From an uncultured Lachnospiraceae bacterium (GTDB taxonomy: Bacteria; Bacillota; Clostridia; Oscillospirales; CAG-272), in NCBI GenBank assembly GCA_964403505.1, contig CAYOFP010000001.1, positions 70,548 to 134,547 of the forward strand: 64,000 nt of DNA. The letters run 5' to 3'. Each line of letters starts with the position of its first letter. Within the stretch, counting starts at the first letter, position 1. Under the pieces are notes generated by a model. It was not told the DNA's origin, searched no databases, and saw only the letters and a list, made by a program, of their open reading frames with translations. Positions 33,731 through 43,860 of this stretch are shown here, piece after piece. The position numbers and the translations under genes were made by a program.

Positions 33731-36172
33731 TCATATTTTCGTATATACGATCTTTCCATCTTGGATATCTGCCGTGACCCTGTCGCCTGCGGCAAGCGAG
33801 CCTGCGAGCATTTCATTCGAGAATGAATCCTCAATGGTACGCTGTATCTCACGTCTCAGAGGCCGTGCGCCGTAAACCGGGTCGAAGCCGATATCGGCAA
33901 GGTATGCCACAACAGCATCTGTAAATGTCACGCTGACGCCGATCTTTTCAATTCTCGTCTTAACTTCATCGAGCATCTTGCCTGCGATCTCGGATATTTC
34001 CGCTTTTGTGAGCTTATTGAATACGATAATACCGTCAACACGGTTTAAAAACTCAGGGCGAAAAAGCTCTTTCAGCGCTGCCATTGCCTTTGACTTGATA
34101 TCTTCGTTCGCTTTATCGCTCGTGTCCGACGCAAAACCGAGCGGCTTTCCTGCGCTCGTGATGCTCTGCGCACCGACATTGCTCGTCATGACGATCACGG
34201 TATTTTTGAAATCGACCTTTACACCCTTCGAGTCGGTCAGAGTACCTTCGTCAAGGATCTGAAGCATGATATTGAATACATCGGGATGCGCCTTTTCTAT
34301 CTCGTCAAACAGTATGACGGAATAGGGCTTACGGCGTATCTTCTCGGTGAGCTGACCGCCCTCGTCGTATCCGACATAACCGGGAGGCGAACCGATGAGC
34401 TTTGAGACAGAGTGCTTTTCCATATATTCCGACATATCGATGCGCACCATAGCGCTCTCATCGCCGAACAACAGTTCCGCAAGAGATTTTGTGAGCTCGG
34501 TCTTGCCCACGCCCGTAGGCCCTAAGAAAATAAACGAGCCAGTCGGGCGTTTCGGGTCTTTTAAACCTATCCTGCCCCGGCGGATCGCACGTGCGACCGC
34601 ATCGACCGCTTCGTCCTGACCTACGACTCTCTCGTGGAGGAGCTTATCAAGGTTGGCAAGGCGCTCACCCTCCTCATCGGCGAGCTTTTTGACGGGAATG
34701 CCTGTCCACGATGTGACGATATCGGCGATATCCTCCTCACCGATTGAGAGTTTTTCATCCGAATGCTGTTTTTTCCACTCGGCACGGGACGCCTCAAACT
34801 CCTCGTTTAACTTACGCTCGTCATCACGCAGAGCTGCCGCCCGCTCAAAGTCCTGATTCTTCACAGCCTCTTCTTTTTCGGCGCTGAGCGCTTTGATGCG
34901 CTCCTCCAGTTCCTTCAGAGGTGCAGGAGAGGTGTATGCATCGATACGCTTCTTTGACGCCGCCTCATCGATCAGGTCGATCGCCTTATCGGGCAGGCAT
35001 CTGTCGCCGATATATCTGACTGAGAGCGCAACTGCCGAATTGATTGCCTCATCTGTTATTTTCACTTTGTGATGCGCCTCATACTTGTCTTTTAAGCCCT
35101 GCAATATCTGTATGGCTTCATCCTGCGACGGCTCACCGACCATGACAGACTGAAATCTGCGCTCGAGCGCCGCATCTTTTTCGATATGCTGACGGTACTC
35201 GTTTATCGTCGTAGCACCGATCATCTGGAGCTTACCTCTTGCAAGCTCGGGCTTTAATATATTCGCCGCATCAATCGCACCCTCGGCCGCACCTGCGCCG
35301 ATGATATTGTGTATCTCGTCGACAAAGAGGATGATATCGGGATTGGCACTGACCTCCTCCATGACGCTTTTGAGGCGTTCCTCGAATTCTCCGCGGTACT
35401 TTGCCCCGGCGAGCATGCCGGATATATCGAGAGTGATGATCCTCTTGTTGGAAAGCGTCTCGGGCACTTCGTTATCGGCGATCCTCTGCGCCAGTCCCTC
35501 GACGACAGCCGTCTTTCCGACGCCCGGCTCACCGATCAGGCAGGGATTGTTTTTTGTGCGCCGTGAGAGTATCTGTATCACCCTCTGCGTCTCGCCGTCA
35601 CGGCCGATGATGGGGTCTATTTTTCCTTCTTTTGCCGCCGCCGTGAGGTCACGCCCGAACTTTTCTATATTGGGCGTTTTACTCTTTTTTGCGCTCTTAT
35701 TGCCCACGCCCTTTTCCTCATAGCTCTCCTTTCGGTCGTCGCCCGAGACATAGCCGGCAAGCTCCTCGTATATCTCACGTATATTGCACCCGAGGGAGGC
35801 GAGTATCCTCACCGCCACACAGTCGCTCTCCGAGAGGAGCGCCATGAGTATATGCTCGGTACCGATATAATTCTGCCCCGAGCGAAGCGCCATATAGGAC
35901 GAAGCCTCGATAATATGCTTGGTGCGAGGAGTCATATCCTGTGCGCCGACATTGCTCTTTGCACCCTTGCCTGCGATATTCGCAACCACCTCGCCGACCT
36001 TGCTCTCGCTTACCGAGCGCTCGGAGAGTACCTTCGCCGCTATGCTGTCCTTCTCACGCAGAAGCCCCATGAGGATATGCTCGCTGCCGATATAGTCATG
36101 ACCGAAATCTTTTGCTGATTCAAGTGCAAAATTCAGTGCATTCTGCGCCGATTCGGTAAATCTGTTTGTCAT
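33731..36172 (-). CDS. clpC: ATP-dependent Clp protease ATP-binding subunit ClpC
   Basis: 813 aa with Clp_N repeats, two AAA+ modules (GEPGVGKT, GPTGVGKT) and a UVR-like linker. It sits downstream of ctsR-mcsA-mcsB. Confidence 0.97.
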   Translation of the reverse strand: MTNRFTESAQNALNFALESAKDFGHDYIGSEHILMGLLREKDSIAAKVLSERSVSESKVGEVVANIAGKGAKSNVGAQDMTPRTKHIIEASSYMALRSGQNYIGTEHILMALLSESDCVAVRILASLGCNIREIYEELAGYVSGDDRKESYEEKGVGNKSAKKSKTPNIEKFGRDLTAAAKEGKIDPIIGRDGETQRVIQILSRRTKNNPCLIGEPGVGKTAVVEGLAQRIADNEVPETLSNKRIITLDISGMLAGAKYRGEFEERLKSVMEEVSANPDIILFVDEIHNIIGAGAAEGAIDAANILKPELARGKLQMIGATTINEYRQHIEKDAALERRFQSVMVGEPSQDEAIQILQGLKDKYEAHHKVKITDEAINSAVALSVRYIGDRCLPDKAIDLIDEAASKKRIDAYTSPAPLKELEERIKALSAEKEEAVKNQDFERAAALRDDERKLNEEFEASRAEWKKQHSDEKLSIGEEDIADIVTSWTGIPVKKLADEEGERLANLDKLLHERVVGQDEAVDAVARAIRRGRIGLKDPKRPTGSFIFLGPTGVGKTELTKSLAELLFGDESAMVRIDMSEYMEKHSVSKLIGSPPGYVGYDEGGQLTEKIRRKPYSVILFDEIEKAHPDVFNIMLQILDEGTLTDSKGVKVDFKNTVIVMTSNVGAQSITSAGKPLGFASDTSDKANEDIKSKAMAALKELFRPEFLNRVDGIIVFNKLTKAEISEIAGKMLDEVKTRIEKIGVSVTFTDAVVAYLADIGFDPVYGARPLRREIQRTIEDSFSNEMLAGSLAAGDRVTADIQDGKIVYTKI

Positions 36173-37162
36173 TTATTCCATCTCCTTTTTTATCTTTGCC
36201 GCCCGGGCTTTATCACGCCCTGCCGCATCTGTGCTCTCACACTCGAGCGCAAGCGTGGCAGGCTGAGTTGACACGAAGAGCCCGTCGATCTTCTCATACG
36301 GCAGGTTTTCGATATATCCGGCGCAAATGCCGTATCTTACCTTTCCGTAAAGATTCATAAATTCACTGCTCGACATCAGATATGCGCTTTTCATCGTGCC
36401 GAGCGCACGCCATGCCATATCGCACATTTTATCGTGCTCTCTGATATCGAGCGCCTTTTGTGCGTTCTTCTCGTTTTCTATTATCCTGTTTACGATATCG
36501 GATAGCTTGCTCACCGTGTCCTCCTCGGTGATACCGAGGGTGATCTGATTTGATATCTGATAAAGGCATCCCGATTCCTCGCTTCCCTCTCCGTACAGAC
36601 CCCGTATGGCAACGCCCATTTTCGGCAGCTGGGATGCGACCTTCCGTATTGACCCTGTCATGGTGAGCGCAGGCAAAAACATCATCACCGAAACCCGCAT
36701 GCCCGTGCCGAGATTCGTCGGGCAATGCGTGAGGTATCCGAGCCTCTCGTCGTATGCGATATTCAGCTTTTCCTCAACGGTATCGCATACCTCGCTCGCC
36801 GTCTCGTATGCCTCCCTCAGCGCAAGACCGGGAAGGATACACTGTATGCGCAGATGATCCTCCTCACAAATCATAATATACATATTATCATGCATGAGAA
36901 GTCCGTGCGGCACTCCGACAGACAGGAAATTCGGGCTGACAAAATGCTTTTCCATATACGAACGGGCGCTCAATGCGTCAAGCGACGTAAAATCCACATA
37001 TTCATAGCCCCCGAGCGCACCCTTTACCTTTTCGATTATCTCGAGAGAGCTTGTCTTATCGAGCTTTGAGGCAAAGGGATAGTCGCATATATTACGTGCA
37101 AAACGCACACGGGTGCTGACGACATATTCACGTTCTTTTCCGCTCTCATTATACCATGCCAT
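36173..37162 (-). CDS. mcsB: Protein arginine kinase McsB
   Basis: ATP:guanido phosphotransferase core (EEDHLRIQ, CPTNLGTGMR, RGLYGEGS). Confidence 0.95.
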   Translation of the reverse strand: MAWYNESGKEREYVVSTRVRFARNICDYPFASKLDKTSSLEIIEKVKGALGGYEYVDFTSLDALSARSYMEKHFVSPNFLSVGVPHGLLMHDNMYIMICEEDHLRIQCILPGLALREAYETASEVCDTVEEKLNIAYDERLGYLTHCPTNLGTGMRVSVMMFLPALTMTGSIRKVASQLPKMGVAIRGLYGEGSEESGCLYQISNQITLGITEEDTVSKLSDIVNRIIENEKNAQKALDIREHDKMCDMAWRALGTMKSAYLMSSSEFMNLYGKVRYGICAGYIENLPYEKIDGLFVSTQPATLALECESTDAAGRDKARAAKIKKEME

Positions 37163-37163
37163 C

Positions 37164-37628
37164 TTATTTTGCCTCCTTTTCCCGTATCATATCACGCAGT
37201 TTCGCCGCACGCTCGAAATCCTCTTTTTCCACCGCCTCGGCAAGCTGTTTTTTTAGCAGCTCAAGCTCGTCCGCTATCGGATCACTTTCCTTCGGCGGTT
37301 TTTTGCCGACATGTCGACTGTTTCCGTGAATGCGCTCTATCATCGGGCGAAGGCGATCTGCAAACACGCCGTAGCATCTCGCACAGCCGACCTTCCCCTC
37401 CCGTGCGATCTGCGAAAAGGTCGAGCCGCACAGGTCGCACACCTTTTCCTCGGACGGCTTTATCTGCGTGCCCGAAAAAAGATTCCCGAAGAAATTGAAT
37501 TCGTCATCGAAGATTCCGCCCATCGAGTTTGCGCACTCGGAGCAAAGCGCCATCTGCTCACTGATACCGTTTACTGTCTGCTTATATAAAACGGTCGCAT
37601 TTCTTTTTTTACATTTTTCACACAACAT
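37164..37628 (-). CDS. mcsA: McsA (zinc-finger plus UVR domain activator of McsB)
   Basis: CEKC...CSEC and CDLCG...CARCY zinc motifs, with a C-terminal UVR motif (EDFERAAKLRDMI). Confidence 0.9.
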   Translation of the reverse strand: MLCEKCKKRNATVLYKQTVNGISEQMALCSECANSMGGIFDDEFNFFGNLFSGTQIKPSEEKVCDLCGSTFSQIAREGKVGCARCYGVFADRLRPMIERIHGNSRHVGKKPPKESDPIADELELLKKQLAEAVEKEDFERAAKLRDMIREKEAK

Positions 37629-37649
37629 TATGATTCCCTCTTTTCTATT

Positions 37650-38111
37650 CTACTTCATCAGCGACATCACTATCTGTCGGAATATGTCTGCACGAATAAG
37701 GTTTTTATACTCCACAGGCAGGTGGACGAGTGCCGCAGAGGAGAGTGAGGCGATCGCCATCTTACACTCTCTTGCGCTGATGATCCCGTTATCCGCCATC
37801 CCCTCGAGTATCGCACGTGCACTGCCCTCATCGACCGTCTCCCCGATCGAGGCGAACAGGTGCATCAGGTATTCATCCCGTGCGACATTCTTTTTTATGA
37901 TACGCAAATATCCGCCGCCGCCCCTGCGGGACTCGATCACATATCCCCGCTCGGGGGTGAAGCGTGATGTTATGACATAATTGATCTGGCTCGGGACACA
38001 CCCGGCTTTGTTTGCGAGTTCGTTTCTTCCTATCTCGAGCGTACCGCCGCTCTCTGCGATAAGCTCCTCTATCATTTTGGCTACTGCGTCTGAAATCAGC
38101 ATTGCCATCAC
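37650..38111 (-). CDS. ctsR: Class III stress-gene repressor CtsR
   Basis: VPSQINYVITSRFTPERGYVIESRRGGGGYLRI is the CtsR signature. The true start is probably the ATG at 38102, 8 nt after GGAG. Confidence 0.95.
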   Translation of the reverse strand: MMAMLISDAVAKMIEELIAESGGTLEIGRNELANKAGCVPSQINYVITSRFTPERGYVIESRRGGGGYLRIIKKNVARDEYLMHLFASIGETVDEGSARAILEGMADNGIISARECKMAIASLSSAALVHLPVEYKNLIRADIFRQIVMSLMK

Positions 38112-38114
38112 TCC

Positions 38115-38179
38115 TTTGACCTTCTTTGACTATAGTATAATACCAAAGTCAAAGAAAGTCAAGGTCAATAAAAGTCAAA
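38115..38179 (-). promoter_or_regulatory. ctsR operon promoter with three CtsR heptad-repeat operators
   Basis: On the minus strand: TTGACT (38157-38162), 17 nt, TATACT (38134-38139). CtsR boxes are AGTCAAAGAAGGTCAAA (reverse complement of 38115-38131), AGTCAAAGAAAGTCAAG (38147-38163) and GGTCAATAAAAGTCAAA (38163-38179). Confidence 0.8.
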
Positions 38180-38198
38180 ATGATATATTTACAATTTA

Positions 38199-38426
38199 TT
38201 AATATTCATTGCCAAAGATCATTTGCCACGTGATGTAATTGACGATGCCGGTCTCTTCTATGCCCATATATTTCTGAAAGGAAATGACTGCCGCACGTGT
38301 TTCCTCTCCGTATATACCGTCGGGCACCACCATCGGACGTATTGCGCTGTTTTCACGTGACATGGTGCGTAATGCGCTCTGTATCTCATACACCGCCGCA
38401 CTTTTATCTGTCAGTTTTACCATCAT
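38199..38426 (-). CDS. Small peptidoglycan-binding (PG_binding_1) domain protein
   Basis: YEIQSALRTM...PDGIYGEETRAAVISFQKYMGIEETGIVNYITW. Confidence 0.7.
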   Translation of the reverse strand: MMVKLTDKSAAVYEIQSALRTMSRENSAIRPMVVPDGIYGEETRAAVISFQKYMGIEETGIVNYITWQMIFGNEY

Positions 38427-39823
38427 TCTCCCACCTCATATCCCGGGTACTGCTCCTCGCTCCGGTAAAGCCCTGCAGTAGTTTCGTCAAACTGCCTTGC
38501 GAGCTCATACCATGTTTCTATGCCGACCGCTCCCGTCACGGGAAGCCCGAACTGCGTCTGAAAAGCCTCGACCGCCGCACGTGTCGCAGGGCCGAAGCTG
38601 CCGTCTGCCATGACCTCCGGTATTTCGGGATATACCCTTGCGACTGCATTTAAATACTCCTGCACCGTCTTGACGCTGTCCCCTTTGGCGCCCAGGCCGA
38701 CGGGCGTGCCCGGATAAGGTGCGGCATTTCCTAAGAATGCCGCCTCGGGAAGTGAGGCGAGCATGCCCGAATAGGTATCAAAAATACTATCCCATGTCGC
38801 ACGGTCGACCACACCCGTCACAGGCAGACCGTACGTCTGCTGATAAGAAGAGACACTCTCGACCGTCGCCGCATCATAAACGCCGTTTATCTCAGGCGCA
38901 GATACCGAATCGATAAAATTTCCGATAAAAAACAGGAAATACTGAAAGATACTGACCTCTCTTCCGGTCGCTCCCTCACTGAGCGTTTCGGGGAATTGCA
39001 GGGAGACCTCATCATATTTTACTCCCTCGCTCGTTACCTCATTGAGATTCTTGACCGCCGCCCACACACGCTGTAATTCATACCATGTTGATTTTCCGAC
39101 GACCCCGTCTACCGAAAGCGAAAACAACCTCTGAAACGCACGCACCGCCGCCTCTGTCGAGGAATTGAATACGCCGTCCTCGGGATATATTTTCGGAATG
39201 CTGGGATAATTTGTCGATACACGGTTCAGACGAAGCTGCAAGGTCCTTACATCGTTCCCGGTGCTGCCTATCCTCAGCGGCGGAACGGGTGCGCTCTCGA
39301 AAACAGTCTCGATCGGAGCGTCGAGGACGAGCTCGATATCGTCACCGTAATAATTTTTAAGTATTTCTACCGAGTTCGCTCCCGACTGTGCGAGCTCCTC
39401 GCTCCCCCACTGGGACAGACCGTTGCAGGTCGTGGTCGTTCCGTTGCAATACTGAGCAAAAAGCGGCTCGATATATCCCTCCCGCCTGATATAATCATTG
39501 AATACATCGTCGACGATCTGAGCCACATTCTCAAAATAGTCTCTGCCGTTTACAAACGACTGATCAAAAGCAGTCGAATTCGTGATGTCAAAATCATATC
39601 CTCTCGAACGGTAATACTCGGTATATACACGGTTTAAGGCAAATGAGATCTGTGCCAACACATTTGCACGGATCGCAGAGGGTGACCAGGTCGGGTAGAT
39701 CTCACTCGATGCGACATTTTTGATATAATCGGAAAAAGGCACGATAACATTCTGCGCACCGGACGAAGGGGTGCCGAGATGCACCGTTATTGTCTCGGGT
39801 ATGATCGGTATCCTTGCGTTCAT
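38423..39823 (-). CDS. Peptidoglycan-binding protein (uncharacterised N-terminal domain plus three PG_binding_1 repeats)
   Basis: Three repeats of G-x-D/E-V-x-x-x-Q-x-x-L...DG-x-[FY]...AV-x-x-[FY]Q...GL/LS...G-V-V...TW. Confidence 0.7.
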   Translation of the reverse strand: MNARIPIIPETITVHLGTPSSGAQNVIVPFSDYIKNVASSEIYPTWSPSAIRANVLAQISFALNRVYTEYYRSRGYDFDITNSTAFDQSFVNGRDYFENVAQIVDDVFNDYIRREGYIEPLFAQYCNGTTTTCNGLSQWGSEELAQSGANSVEILKNYYGDDIELVLDAPIETVFESAPVPPLRIGSTGNDVRTLQLRLNRVSTNYPSIPKIYPEDGVFNSSTEAAVRAFQRLFSLSVDGVVGKSTWYELQRVWAAVKNLNEVTSEGVKYDEVSLQFPETLSEGATGREVSIFQYFLFFIGNFIDSVSAPEINGVYDAATVESVSSYQQTYGLPVTGVVDRATWDSIFDTYSGMLASLPEAAFLGNAAPYPGTPVGLGAKGDSVKTVQEYLNAVARVYPEIPEVMADGSFGPATRAAVEAFQTQFGLPVTGAVGIETWYELARQFDETTAGLYRSEEQYPGYEVGE

Positions 39824-40266
39824 TGATAACCTCCTTCAACCGGAAAAGGTCTTGACTCATCGAAATTCAGCTGTTCTTCCGGCACATCCTCTCCGTTATA
39901 CCCCTGGAGCGCTATCATATTGATATTCTGAACGCTGACTATCCCGGGAAAAACAGGAACAGACACCGTGCGAACGGTGTTATAACCGTCTGCCTCTACC
40001 TTTACATCATAGCTCGAATACGGCGGCAGGGATGCGCCGGGCGTAAGCGAGGACGCAAGGTCAGGCGTGGAAAGCTCTATTCTTTCCGATTTGCCCGACA
40101 TATCGGTATAAGAGTTTATTGGCTCACCTGCACCCGTGACCGTGACGAGCGCCCCCGCCACAGGCAGAGCGCCGAGCGCCGTGCGTACATTGACAAGTAA
40201 ATATCCTGTCGAACTCAAAAAAATCACCTCAGTCAATACTATGCTGATTTTCAAATATTGATACAA
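39820..40266 (-). CDS. Small protein with a carboxypeptidase-regulatory-like (Ig-like) domain
   Basis: GYLLVNVRTALGALPVAGALVTVTG...TDMSGKSERIEL...YDVKVEADGYNTV. The start is uncertain. Confidence 0.4.
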   Translation of the reverse strand: MYQYLKISIVLTEVIFLSSTGYLLVNVRTALGALPVAGALVTVTGAGEPINSYTDMSGKSERIELSTPDLASSLTPGASLPPYSSYDVKVEADGYNTVRTVSVPVFPGIVSVQNINMIALQGYNGEDVPEEQLNFDESRPFPVEGGYQ

Positions 40267-40290
40267 AAATGGCGGTTTTTTAAGAGCATT

Positions 40291-40334
40291 TGCGTAAAAA
40301 AAGCTGTAAAAAACTTTCGTTTTTTACAGCTTTT
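40291..40334 (-). terminator. Terminator of the lipoprotein gene
   Basis: GCTGTAAAAAAC-TTTC-GTTTTTTACAGC, extended by A/T pairs, with a T-run on the minus strand. Its core is shared with the ftsZ terminator. Confidence 0.7.
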
Positions 40335-40353
40335 GGCGGTATAAAATTTATTC

Positions 40354-41229
40354 TTACGGAGCTATGCCGAGTATAAGTCGTCTTGCTTCCCGGGTATCTT
40401 TACACAATACCTCGTTTGAAATATATTTTAGTGTGCTTCCGTCAAGAGTGATGTGCAGTAGGTAAATTGCTTTACCGAGGACTTCGCTCTCGTTCTCGCA
40501 GACGAAATAAATATAACGGTCGTTTCCGTCCTTTTGTATTTTTTTGATAGTAAACGTCGACGCAAAGTCATATGCGCACCCTATGGTATAGTACTTATCA
40601 AGCTTTTTCGAGTAGTAAGTGTTATTCTTGACATGACCTGCCTCGTCGGTGCGTTCATATCCGAATTTTTCTAAAACTATTTTTCGCACATCTTCTCCGG
40701 ATGCTACCCAACTGGTTACAGACGGGAATAATTGCACTGCTTCGGGAATTTCTTCTTCAAGAATGAGTAATTCTTCCTCTGAACAAAAATCCTCATCGAT
40801 TGAGTGTCCATATGCTTCCGAGTTTTTTAACTCACCTATCATTCGCATAATGCACGCCATATCCGCTTCCTCCGGTGATGAAAAGAGCATAACAAACGGA
40901 ATTTGGTCTCTATCAATGGATGAGATATATGTATGTTCTCCTACAGTATGGTATACGGCATCATCTGTAAAAAAGTCAACAAGCTCGGCAAATTCTTCGT
41001 CTGAAACAGGATCGCCCGGCATTACATAATCCTCGGAAAGCAGGGGAGCGGTTTCTCTTGGCGGAGGCGGGATGGTTTCCATCTCGCTTTCGCTCGGATT
41101 GACGCCTGATTCGCTTTGACTTGGAGTGTCATTAGGTTCATTCGGCTTATTTGCCTCACTTCCGCACGAAGATAGCATCAGCATCGCAACGATAACTGCC
41201 GACATAATAAATAATAATGTTCTTTTCAT
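40354..41229 (-). CDS. Lipoprotein (unknown function)
   Basis: The ATG at 41229 follows AGGGAGGAA. Signal peptide MKRTLLFIMSAVIVAMLMLSSC with a lipobox. Confidence 0.75.
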   Translation of the reverse strand: MKRTLLFIMSAVIVAMLMLSSCGSEANKPNEPNDTPSQSESGVNPSESEMETIPPPPRETAPLLSEDYVMPGDPVSDEEFAELVDFFTDDAVYHTVGEHTYISSIDRDQIPFVMLFSSPEEADMACIMRMIGELKNSEAYGHSIDEDFCSEEELLILEEEIPEAVQLFPSVTSWVASGEDVRKIVLEKFGYERTDEAGHVKNNTYYSKKLDKYYTIGCAYDFASTFTIKKIQKDGNDRYIYFVCENESEVLGKAIYLLHITLDGSTLKYISNEVLCKDTREARRLILGIAP

Positions 41230-41271
41230 AGTATATTCCTCCCTTAGCAATTTAATGCTCTTACCATTATC

Positions 41272-41299
41272 AGTATAACATGTTTTTTTATATTGTCAA
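41272..41299 (-). promoter_or_regulatory. Sigma-A-type promoter of the lipoprotein gene
   Basis: On the minus strand: TTGACA (41294-41299), 16 nt, TATACT (41272-41277). Confidence 0.5.
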
Positions 41300-41529
41300 G
41301 CATTTTTCGATCAATTGCACAAGTTATGACTGTATTCTTTCTTGCGGTATGTGCAATATTAATAAATCCATAAAAAACGGTGCAACAACTTTGCACTCCA
41401 TGTTCGCATAATCTCTCTCCTTCCCTTTTAGATGAGTCGCTCCGTACAAACGAGGGGTAAGGTGGATTTTTGCGTAGCAAAAAGACTGCCGGGCGTAGAA
41501 TTTTAAGCATGACAATAAGACAATTTATG

Positions 41530-41571
41530 TGAAAAGGTGCTGTAAAAAACTTGCGTTTTTTACAGCACCTT
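41530..41571 (-). terminator. Terminator of ftsZ
   Basis: AAGGTGCTGTAAAAAAC-TTGC-GTTTTTTACAGCACCTT (17 bp perfect stem). Confidence 0.8.
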
Positions 41572-41594
41572 GTACCACATTACATTTATAATAA

Positions 41595-42728
41595 TCAGAA
41601 ATTAAATCCGTTGTCGGATGTAAAGCCGCTATCGCCTGTCGATCCGCCATTGGTATTGAATCTCTTTGAGCTCTTGTCGAGCATATTGAGGATCACGTCA
41701 AATTCGTCATCTGGGATGACATCCTTCTTCGGCTCTTCCTTAACCTCTTCCTCCGCCACAGGCTCGTCCTTAGCAGTATCAAAGCCTGTTGCGATTACCG
41801 TGATATTCATGGTATCGTTCAGAGATTCATCAAATGCAGCACCCCAGATAACGTTCGCATCGGGATGTGCCTCCTCCTGAATCAAAGTAGAAGCCTCTGT
41901 AACCTCGTCGAGTCCGATATCGGGAGATGCGGTGACATTGATGATGATACCGCGTGCGCCCTTGATGGATGTCTCAAGAAGCGGACTGGAGATAGCGAGG
42001 TTTGCCGCCTCTGTCGCCTTGTCCTTTCCGGATGCAGTGCCGACGCCCATATGAGCGTAGCCCGCCTCGGTCATTATCGCTGATACATCGGCAAAGTCAA
42101 GGTTGACAACACCGGTGACATTGATAAGCTCGGAAATACTCTTTACACCCTGTCTCAGAACGTCATCTGCAATAGCAAATGCGTTTGCGAGGGTTATTCT
42201 CGTCTCGGAAACGCTCTTAAGGCGTTCGTTCGGTATTACGATAAGCGAATCGACATACTGGCGAAGCTGTGTGATACCTGCCTCTGCTGCCTCCATACGT
42301 CTTTTGCCCTCAAAAGCAAAAGGTTTTGTGGCGATGCCTACGGTAAGTATGCCCATTTCCTTCGCTATTCTTGCGACAACGGGAGCAGCACCTGTACCCG
42401 TTCCGCCGCCCATGCCTGCCGTGACAAATACCATGTCGGCGCCGTTGATGGCAGCGGCGATCTCCTCGGCCGATTCCTCAGCGCTCTTTGCGCCCACCTC
42501 GGGGTTAGCGCCTGCGCCGTGACCGTGCGTTAATTTGTCACCGATCGAGATCTTCGTGGGCGCTCCATTTTTCATAAGCACCTGCTTGTCTGTATTTATA
42601 GCGATGAATTCAACGCCCTTGACTCCGGCCTCGATCATACGGTTGACTGCGTTATTTCCGCCGCCGCCGACACCTATGACCTTTATATTCACGCCGCTGT
42701 CAAAGGACTCTTCAAGTTCAAATGGCAT
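41595..42728 (-). CDS. ftsZ: Cell division GTPase FtsZ
   Basis: [26 protein letters not shown] and [13 protein letters not shown] are tubulin signature motifs. Confidence 0.98.
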   Translation of the reverse strand: MPFELEESFDSGVNIKVIGVGGGGNNAVNRMIEAGVKGVEFIAINTDKQVLMKNGAPTKISIGDKLTHGHGAGANPEVGAKSAEESAEEIAAAINGADMVFVTAGMGGGTGTGAAPVVARIAKEMGILTVGIATKPFAFEGKRRMEAAEAGITQLRQYVDSLIVIPNERLKSVSETRITLANAFAIADDVLRQGVKSISELINVTGVVNLDFADVSAIMTEAGYAHMGVGTASGKDKATEAANLAISSPLLETSIKGARGIIINVTASPDIGLDEVTEASTLIQEEAHPDANVIWGAAFDESLNDTMNITVIATGFDTAKDEPVAEEEVKEEPKKDVIPDDEFDVILNMLDKSSKRFNTNGGSTGDSGFTSDNGFNF

Positions 42729-42845
42729 TATTCTTTCCTCCGTATCCTTTATTTTGGGATATTTGCAACATATATATTTATTCTATTATATATAATAATA
42801 TTTTTTTGAAAAAATTTCAATAGTTTTTTTGAAAAAAGTGTTATT

Positions 42846-43850
42846 TTAGTTAAGTATTACATATCCGTTGTCAACGTCACGTGCGCAAATGGAGCCCTTC
42901 GCATTATCCTCAAACTCTGCAAGCATACTTAAAGCGAACCGTATTTTTCCGCTGATACTGTCTATATCGCCTATTTCGACTGTGACTCTGCCGTCATAAA
43001 CAAAGCTGATATTAAACTTGCTCTTGAGGTCCATGCTCGTTATCCTATCCCCTGCCTGACTGTCGAGCAGAGACTGCATGACTGCGGCGATATACTCATC
43101 GTTCTTTTCGGCAAAGTACACGATCTTCTCCCCGACGATTGCCTCAGCCACACGGGGCAGCTTCAGCTCAAGCAGCCCGGGATGCATCTCGTGCATAGTA
43201 TCGTAATCATCAACTATATCGAGCACCCTCATGTTTTCCGACAGTATACAGTACTCGCCGCAAAACGAAGTGTAATAGAGTGCGCTATCCTCAGTCACCT
43301 TTATCACGATCCCTGTCGGTATCTCACGGACGATTCTCACCTCTTTAAAATAAGGGAAACGTGAAATGAGTCTGTGAGAGATATCATCCTTATCGACAGA
43401 ATACATTTTATCGCCGACTGCAATACCGCACACCGCCAGCACATCGTCCTCGTTATATATGGTCACTCCGTCGAACTTGATGCTCTCGACCTTGAAAAGA
43501 AAATTAAAGCACGCAAGCGTAAAGACCGCAACAAGAGAACATATGATAACGGACATGAGCACGATCCATAACAGTGCCTTTGTCTTTTTCTTTGATTTTA
43601 TCGCACTCAGGGTCGCAGTATTCAGCTTTTCCTCGGTCTCGGCGGTACGGTATTCGTTTCGTGAGATATTGACCGTATCCTCATAAACAGTCCTTTTACG
43701 GCGCGCTCCGCCCACGGGACGGGCAGTGCCCGTTCCGCTCTTTTTCTTTTTGACCGTGCGCTTCGCCTTCTGTTTCTTTTTCTTAGGCTCGTCCGCTATG
43801 TCAAAATTTGACCGTGATCTGTGCTTGAACACATTGAAGGTGTTCGCCAT
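42846..43850 (-). CDS. ftsQ: Cell division protein FtsQ/DivIB
   Basis: Basic N-terminus, one TM helix, a POTRA-like segment (VESIKFDGVTIYNEDDVLAVCGI), and its position in the dcw cluster. Confidence 0.8.
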   Translation of the reverse strand: MANTFNVFKHRSRSNFDIADEPKKKKQKAKRTVKKKKSGTGTARPVGGARRKRTVYEDTVNISRNEYRTAETEEKLNTATLSAIKSKKKTKALLWIVLMSVIICSLVAVFTLACFNFLFKVESIKFDGVTIYNEDDVLAVCGIAVGDKMYSVDKDDISHRLISRFPYFKEVRIVREIPTGIVIKVTEDSALYYTSFCGEYCILSENMRVLDIVDDYDTMHEMHPGLLELKLPRVAEAIVGEKIVYFAEKNDEYIAAVMQSLLDSQAGDRITSMDLKSKFNISFVYDGRVTVEIGDIDSISGKIRFALSMLAEFEDNAKGSICARDVDNGYVILN

Positions 43851-43860
43851 AAAAAAACCT

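Noticed and set aside
41244-41515. The 88-aa and 63-aa ORFs between ftsZ and the lipoprotein gene could be real genes.
   Set aside because: They have no RBS and overlap the lipoprotein promoter and an intergenic hairpin region. Their translations look like random AT-rich sequence.
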